DNA of 64,000 bases from Methanothrix sp. (GTDB taxonomy: Archaea > Halobacteriota > Methanosarcinia > Methanotrichales > Methanotrichaceae), in assembly GCA_040770465.1 (NCBI GenBank), contig JAXGJB010000009.1, positions 9,808-73,807 on the forward strand. Reading direction: 5' to 3'. Positions within the stretch are counted from its first letter, which is position 1. Every line of letters begins with the position of its first letter. This document shows positions 58,374 to 64,000 of the stretch, in pieces. The position numbers and the translations under genes were made by a program. The notes beneath the pieces were generated by a model. That model did no database searches, was not told where the DNA came from, and saw only the letters and a list, made by a program, of their open reading frames with translations.

Positions 58374-60179
58374 ATGTGCGGCATAGTCGGATATGCAGGC
58401 CACGATAAGGCTGGACCCATCCTCCTCAACACTCTTAAAAGGTTGGAGTACCGTGGATACGATTCTGCCGGGGTAGCGGTAATATCCAATGGCGAGGTTC
58501 AGGTTATCAAATCCTCAGGCAGGATAGCAGATCTTGAGAAGATTTATTTTGAGGTCGGATCTCCCGGAGATAACATGGGCATCGGTCATACTCGATGGGC
58601 CACCCACGGCCCTCCCACAGTGGTCAACGCCCATCCTCACATCTCCAATGACGTTGCCGTCGTCCACAACGGCATAATCGAGAACTATCTGACATTGAAA
58701 GAACAGCTTATGGGGCAGGGATTCGAGTTTCAGTCCGAGACGGATACCGAGGTTCTGGCTCATCTGATCGGATCCTGTTATAGAGGGGACCTGGCAGAGG
58801 CGGTTGCTTCGGCCATATCTCTTGTGGAGGGGTCCTTCGCGATTGCGGTCCTGGCCAAAGGCTCGCCGCGGCTAGTCTGCGCCAGGAAGGACAGCCCCCT
58901 GGTTATAGGCGTAGGCGAAGGTGCGAACTACGTGGCTTCCGACGTCTCCGCCCTCCTTCCTTATACCCGAGATGTCGTCAGGATGAAGGATGGTGAGATC
59001 GCCGTAATCGACGCCGAGACCGTAACTCTGAGGGACGTTGCCGGAAGAAATCTGCCACTGGATGTGGAGAGGGTAGATTGGGACGTCGACGCCGCCGAGA
59101 AGGCGGGATATCCACATTTCATGCTCAAAGAGATTCACGAGCAGCCCAGGGCTATTCAGGAGACCTTCGCATCCAGGACTTCGGAGATCGATGGAGAAGT
59201 TCGGATGGAGATAGGGCTCACAGATTCAGAGATGAGGGCCCTCGACCGGGTCTCGATCATCGCCTGTGGCACCTCTTACCACGCGGGCCTCATGGCCAAG
59301 TATCTACTTCCCAGGGCCGCAGGCCTTCCCGTGGACGTCGAGGTCGCCTCGGAGTTCCAGCATCTCCTTCTGAAGCCCGGAACCCTCCTCTTGAGCGTCA
59401 CCCAGTCCGGCGAGACCGCCGACACCCTCGGCGCCCTTAAGAAGGCCAGCACCTTCGGTGTAAAGCGGCTTGCCATAACCAATGTGGTGGGCAGCACGGT
59501 TACGAATATGGTTGACGGCACCATCTACACCCGATGCGGCCCAGAGATCGGAGTCGCAGCCACCAAGACCTTCACAGGCCAGCTGGTGGCTATGATACTT
59601 CTGGCCATAAAGCTCGGCAGGGCCAGGAATTATCTGAGCTATGAGATGGCAAGAAAGATGCTGGTGGAACTGACGAGGCTCCCGGGCCAGATCCAGTATA
59701 TTCTGGACGAGCGGGACTCCATACGAGAGATTGCAGAGCAGTACGCCGAAAGTAACCGGTACTTCTTCATCGGTCGGGATATCCTCTACCCCATCGCCCT
59801 TGAAGGAGCCCTCAAGATGAAGGAGATCTCTTACATCTCCGCAGAGGGCTATCCTGCCGGAGAGCTGAAGCACGGTCCCCTGGCTCTGATCACCGATGGA
59901 ACGCCCGTGGTGGCTCTTGCAACTCACGGAAAGAAGGTCCAGGCCAACATCAAGGAGGTGAGGGCGAGGGGAGCCGATGTCATCGCTTTCGCCTCGGAAG
60001 GAGATCCCGACATATCCAAGATCGCCACCACCGTGGTGGAGGTCCCGGAGGCGCGGCCCGTATTCTCTTCGATCCTCTGCACAGTGGCGCTCCAGCTCCT
60101 CGCCTACTACACCGCCGATGCTCGAGGGCTGCCGATAGACAAGCCGCGCAACCTGGCTAAGAGCGTTACTGTGGAGTGA
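58374..60179 (+). CDS. glmS: Glutamine-fructose-6-phosphate aminotransferase
   Basis: MCGIVG, LEYRGYDSAG, GHTRWATHG, PRNLAKSVTVE. Confidence 0.97.
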   Translation: MCGIVGYAGHDKAGPILLNTLKRLEYRGYDSAGVAVISNGEVQVIKSSGRIADLEKIYFEVGSPGDNMGIGHTRWATHGPPTVVNAHPHISNDVAVVHNGIIENYLTLKEQLMGQGFEFQSETDTEVLAHLIGSCYRGDLAEAVASAISLVEGSFAIAVLAKGSPRLVCARKDSPLVIGVGEGANYVASDVSALLPYTRDVVRMKDGEIAVIDAETVTLRDVAGRNLPLDVERVDWDVDAAEKAGYPHFMLKEIHEQPRAIQETFASRTSEIDGEVRMEIGLTDSEMRALDRVSIIACGTSYHAGLMAKYLLPRAAGLPVDVEVASEFQHLLLKPGTLLLSVTQSGETADTLGALKKASTFGVKRLAITNVVGSTVTNMVDGTIYTRCGPEIGVAATKTFTGQLVAMILLAIKLGRARNYLSYEMARKMLVELTRLPGQIQYILDERDSIREIAEQYAESNRYFFIGRDILYPIALEGALKMKEISYISAEGYPAGELKHGPLALITDGTPVVALATHGKKVQANIKEVRARGADVIAFASEGDPDISKIATTVVEVPEARPVFSSILCTVALQLLAYYTADARGLPIDKPRNLAKSVTVE

Positions 60180-61359
60180 ACGGACTTCTGGAGAACCTCA
60201 GCTCAAAGCAGTCGAAGACCACATCAGCATCCTTTGGGTCCATGAACCTCAAGCTGAGGTTCTCGATCTCTTCTTCAGAGAACAGTTCGTCGTAGACTCC
60301 GATCTGGAGACCCTTCTGAGCCAAGAGCTTGGCCAGGGCGAGGTTTCTGCTGTGGTATAGCCCTTTCACTCCCTTTCGATATGTGATCCCCTTGAGGCAG
60401 ATCCTGATCTGGCTCAACGGCTTATCAATCTTCAGACCTTCGAGGATTATCTTCTCCGCCCAATGGCCGACCATCTCGTCGTTGATCTTCCGCGAGTTCC
60501 TCTGCAGCTCGGCAAACCCGAACTTCTCCCTCTTCTCCATCTCGTTGATCAAAAACCAGGGATATACGGGGATGCAGTGCCCACCTACGCCCGTCGACGG
60601 GAGATGAATGTGACAGTAATCGTGGTTTGCATACTCCCTCGCCTCATGAAAGTCGATATCCAACTCATCTGATATCTTCAGGATCTCGTTGGCCAATGCG
60701 ATGTTAACGTCTCTGTAGCTGCCCTCGATTATCTTGACGAACTCCGCAACCCTGGAGCTGGAGACCATCTGAAGGTTTGGGATGAATTTTCGGTAGAGAT
60801 CGAAGGCGCACCGTCCGCTCTCGTCATCTGCGCCTCCCACTATCTTGGGAAACTCCCTCAGGCGGGATATGCTATAGCCGGTCATTATCCTCTCCGGAGA
60901 ATGGGCCAGGTGGAAATCACCAAGCTGGAGCCCGCTCTCGTCTTCCAGCCAGCTTCGGACCATGGTTTCAGTCGTTCTCGGCGGAACCGTCGTCTCCAAC
61001 ACTGCCAGGTCTCCCCGTTTGAGGATCTTGCCAACGGACCGAAAAGCACTTTCGAGGATCCCGAAGTCCGGATGGTGACGTTCATCGATGAACAGGGGGA
61101 CGATTATTATGAATTTGTTGCAATCGCCGGCGTCTTCGTATCTCGGAGATGCGAATAGCCTCTTGCCTCCGTGTTTTTTAATCAGCTCGTCCAGCCCCGT
61201 CTCCTCCGGGACAGGATTTATCCCGTCATTGATCATCTCGCACCTTCTTTCGTCGACGTCGATCCCCACCACCTCAAGGCCGCTTTCAGCTATCACTGAG
61301 GCCAGAGGCAGGCCGGCTTTGCCCAACCCAACGACCGCGATCTTCATTTTTTCCTCCAT
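60166..61359 (-). CDS. Nucleotide-sugar 6-dehydrogenase (WbpA/WecC-like)
   Basis: VVGLGKAGLP, ETTVPP, HSPER, GVGGHCIP. Confidence 0.9.
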   Translation of the reverse strand: MEEKMKIAVVGLGKAGLPLASVIAESGLEVVGIDVDERRCEMINDGINPVPEETGLDELIKKHGGKRLFASPRYEDAGDCNKFIIIVPLFIDERHHPDFGILESAFRSVGKILKRGDLAVLETTVPPRTTETMVRSWLEDESGLQLGDFHLAHSPERIMTGYSISRLREFPKIVGGADDESGRCAFDLYRKFIPNLQMVSSSRVAEFVKIIEGSYRDVNIALANEILKISDELDIDFHEAREYANHDYCHIHLPSTGVGGHCIPVYPWFLINEMEKREKFGFAELQRNSRKINDEMVGHWAEKIILEGLKIDKPLSQIRICLKGITYRKGVKGLYHSRNLALAKLLAQKGLQIGVYDELFSEEEIENLSLRFMDPKDADVVFDCFELRFSRSPFTPQ

Positions 61360-61397
61360 ACTTTTCAGAATATTTTCATCAGAATCCTGAAATCATA

Positions 61398-62300
61398 CTA
61401 TCCATTCCGTTCCGCGATCTTCAGGTTGAGAACAGCCTGATCCGGGGCGACGGGAAACTGTCTTCTCGCTTTGACGCAATCGATGAAGGTCTTCAGCTCC
61501 TCTTTCAGGGGTTCGACCTTGTTGACCTGAACCTTCTCGATGATGTTCTCCTGGGCATATCGAGTGTTCTCCACCTCGTATTTATCCGGCTTTCTGTAGA
61601 TGTACAGCTCCTGGTTCATGAAGTCGCCATCGATGGTGATCTCCGCCTCTTCGACGTGAATCTTTCTTATCTTCCGGCAGGCGAGCCTGCTCGAGGACAG
61701 CGATACGACGCAGTCGTCGAATCTGGTGATCATCTTACGAAGATCGTCGTCTCCGAGGGAACACAGGTCAGAGCTTTCCTTACCCTTGAAAAAGTAGTTC
61801 CAGATGAGGTCGATATCGTGGATCATCAGATCCACCACCACGCCCGCGTCGGTTATCCTCGATGAGGCGGGATTATGCCTTCTTATGTCCACGTATCTCG
61901 GATTTTTTATGAGTTTCTTGATCTCTTCGACTATCGGGTTGAACCTCTCGATGTGGCCTACGCCCACCACCAGGTCGTCTGGAATGATCTTGAGGAGCTT
62001 CTCACCCTCTTTTGAATTGGAGGTTATGGGCTTCTCGATCAGGCAGCTTACTTTGGTCTCGATGGCCTCCTCTGCGACGTCGAAATGGTATCTTGTCGGG
62101 ACGCATATGCTCACTAGATCGACCTTCTCCAGCAAAGACCCGATCGAACTGCAGGGGAGGGCGCCCGAGGTTTCGCTCATCTTGTTTGCAGCCCTCTCGT
62201 CGGGGTCGTAGACATAAACCCTCTCAACATCCCTCAATTCGGAATATATGCGCACATGGTTTCTTCCCATGTTTCCGGTTCCAATTACCCCAATTCTCAT
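61398..62300 (-). CDS. Gfo/Idh/MocA oxidoreductase (WbpB/WlbA-like)
   Basis: GVIGTGNMG, IEKP, GHIERFNP, DLMIHDID. Confidence 0.88.
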   Translation of the reverse strand: MRIGVIGTGNMGRNHVRIYSELRDVERVYVYDPDERAANKMSETSGALPCSSIGSLLEKVDLVSICVPTRYHFDVAEEAIETKVSCLIEKPITSNSKEGEKLLKIIPDDLVVGVGHIERFNPIVEEIKKLIKNPRYVDIRRHNPASSRITDAGVVVDLMIHDIDLIWNYFFKGKESSDLCSLGDDDLRKMITRFDDCVVSLSSSRLACRKIRKIHVEEAEITIDGDFMNQELYIYRKPDKYEVENTRYAQENIIEKVQVNKVEPLKEELKTFIDCVKARRQFPVAPDQAVLNLKIAERNG

Positions 62301-62407
62301 GCCGTCCACCAATCATTTTAATGAAGTCAGCAAACAAATCTTCTCCGCCGGGTGATCCAGGTGCCAAAAATGCAAGGTCATCATACGAGGAATATTTAAG
62401 CGAAAGT

Positions 62408-62989
62408 TCAGAACTGTTTTGGCCTGCCCTGACTTTTTGAATCGAGCCTTCTCGCCGGATTTCCCACCACCGTCTCCCCATCTCCTACATCCCGGCTGAC
62501 CACCGATCCCGCGCCTACAACCGCGCCCTCGCCCACGACCACGCCCGGCAGCAGGGTGGCGTTCGCCCCTATCCTGGCTCCCCTCTTTATCAATGGTCCG
62601 ATCAGCTCCGCCCCTCTGACCATGTACTTGTCGTTGGAGGTGACCGAGCAGGGCCCCATGAAGACCTCGTCTTCGATGGTGGTGTTGGTGGTGATGTAGA
62701 CGTTCGTCTGGACGCTGACCCTGTCGCCAATCTTGCAGTTTCCGTCCACCACAGAGTTGGTGCCGATGAGGACGTCGTCTCCAATCTCCGTATTTTCCCG
62801 GATCAGGACGTTGTGGCCGGTCCGGAACCCGTCTCCGATCCTGGTGGAGGGGTATATCACGGTTCCGCTCCTTATCGTAGCATGGTCGCCGATGACGGCA
62901 ACCCCGTCTTCAGCTCCGATGATCACGCCCTTCTGGACGACGCATCCCGTTCCCAGTCGGACCTCTCCGAGGAAGATGGGCTCACTCAT
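62408..62989 (-). CDS. Hexapeptide-repeat N-acetyltransferase (WbpD-like)
   Basis: Left-handed beta-helix repeats, [20 protein letters not shown]. Confidence 0.88.
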   Translation of the reverse strand: MSEPIFLGEVRLGTGCVVQKGVIIGAEDGVAVIGDHATIRSGTVIYPSTRIGDGFRTGHNVLIRENTEIGDDVLIGTNSVVDGNCKIGDRVSVQTNVYITTNTTIEDEVFMGPCSVTSNDKYMVRGAELIGPLIKRGARIGANATLLPGVVVGEGAVVGAGSVVSRDVGDGETVVGNPARRLDSKSQGRPKQF

Positions 62990-64000
62990 AGCCGTTCACC
63001 GTCTGAACCACCATATATCTCTCATCTTCGGTGAGGCCTGGATGGACCGGAATTGATACCACCCTCTCGCCGGCCTCTTCTGCGCATGGGAGAGCGATGT
63101 GGTTGTAATCTTTGAAGAGGGGCTGTTTATGGACCGGGATGGGATAATAGACTCCGTAACCCACACTGTGGCTTTCGAGGTGCTTCAGGAACTCATCTCG
63201 CTCCTCCACCTCAATGGTGTACTGGTGGTAGACGTGCTTCATCCCCTCGGGAACGATAGGAGTTTTGACCTTCAGGTTTCTGTCGTAATATTCGGCGTTC
63301 TCCCTTCTCTTGGCGTTGAATCGGTCCAGCATCCCCAGCTGGGCCAGGCCTATGGCCGCAGCGATATTTGTCATCCGGTAGTTGTAGCCCATCATCACGT
63401 GGACGTACCTCTGGCTCTGGCCGTGGTTTCTTATCATCCTCGCCCTCTCGGCTACCTCAGGATCGGATGTGGTGATCATCCCGCCCTCGCCGGTGGTCAT
63501 GTTCTTGGTGGGGTAGAAGCTGAAGACTCCCGCATCTCCTATCGTCCCGACCTTCCGGCCGCGGTATTCTGCGCCGTGGGCCTGACATGCGTCCTCCACC
63601 ACCTTCAGGCCATAGTCCTGGGCCGTCTCCATGATCGGCCTCATATCGCAGGGAAGGCCATAGAGGTGGACCGCGATGATGGCCTTTGTCTTTTTCGTCA
63701 CCGCCTCCGCGATGAGATCGGGATCGATATTGTAGGTCTCTGGATCTACGTCGCAGAAGACCGGCCTCGCCCTCTGCATCAGGATGCTCGTTGCGGTCGC
63801 GATGAAGGTGAAAGGTGTGGTGATAACCTCGTCGCCCTCGCCTACGCCCAGGGCTGCCAGGGCGGTGTGGAGGGCCGAGGTCCCGTTGTTCGTCGCGATT
63901 CCGTAGGGCGCGTCCACGTACCCGGCGAACTTCTCTTCGAACCTGGCCACCACATCTCCCTGGGCGAGGATTCCACTATCGAGAACCGCCGCGATCTCTT
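62982..64000 (-). CDS. DegT/DnrJ/EryC1/StrS aminotransferase (WbpE-like); 5'-truncated by window
   Basis: [29 protein letters not shown]; frame open to window edge. Confidence 0.92.
   Translation of the reverse strand, partial: EIAAVLDSGILAQGDVVARFEEKFAGYVDAPYGIATNNGTSALHTALAALGVGEGDEVITTPFTFIATATSILMQRARPVFCDVDPETYNIDPDLIAEAVTKKTKAIIAVHLYGLPCDMRPIMETAQDYGLKVVEDACQAHGAEYRGRKVGTIGDAGVFSFYPTKNMTTGEGGMITTSDPEVAERARMIRNHGQSQRYVHVMMGYNYRMTNIAAAIGLAQLGMLDRFNAKRRENAEYYDRNLKVKTPIVPEGMKHVYHQYTIEVEERDEFLKHLESHSVGYGVYYPIPVHKQPLFKDYNHIALPCAEEAGERVVSIPVHPGLTEDERYMVVQTVNGYE

Overview
High-GC archaeal chromosome segment. Gene content (aglJ, mptG, DUF2111, oapABC, lonB, cdc48, archaeal aroK, many secreted TPR proteins) indicates a methanogen, most likely Methanothrix/Methanosaeta; this is an inference. 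Most of the window is housekeeping: chorismate, purine and arginine biosynthesis, HMG-CoA reductase, inositol-phosphate synthase, proteostasis and a nucleotide-sugar cluster. No rRNA, tRNA, transposase or CRISPR array was seen. Notable items: (1) a tandemly repeated two-gene secreted module at 1.5-7.3 kb that pairs a highly divergent Gly/Ala repeat protein with a partner whose two copies are 862 bp near-identical and end in a Cys-rich tail; (2) an accessory island at 12.1-15.6 kb with MNT-HEPN, HicB plus a truncated HicA, and a low-GC secreted GH30 glycosidase bracketed by a duplicated 5' end of the downstream reductase gene; (3) an extracytoplasmic thiol-redox cluster whose redoxin-CcdA fusion appears split by one base at a C7 run; (4) a Phr/HSR1-like heat-shock repressor with a candidate tandem operator ahead of cdc48-lonB; (5) a DUF98-MptG fusion; (6) two small ORFs missing from the ORF track; (7) recurrent short tandem duplications at gene ends. 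All family assignments come from motif recognition, not database searches.
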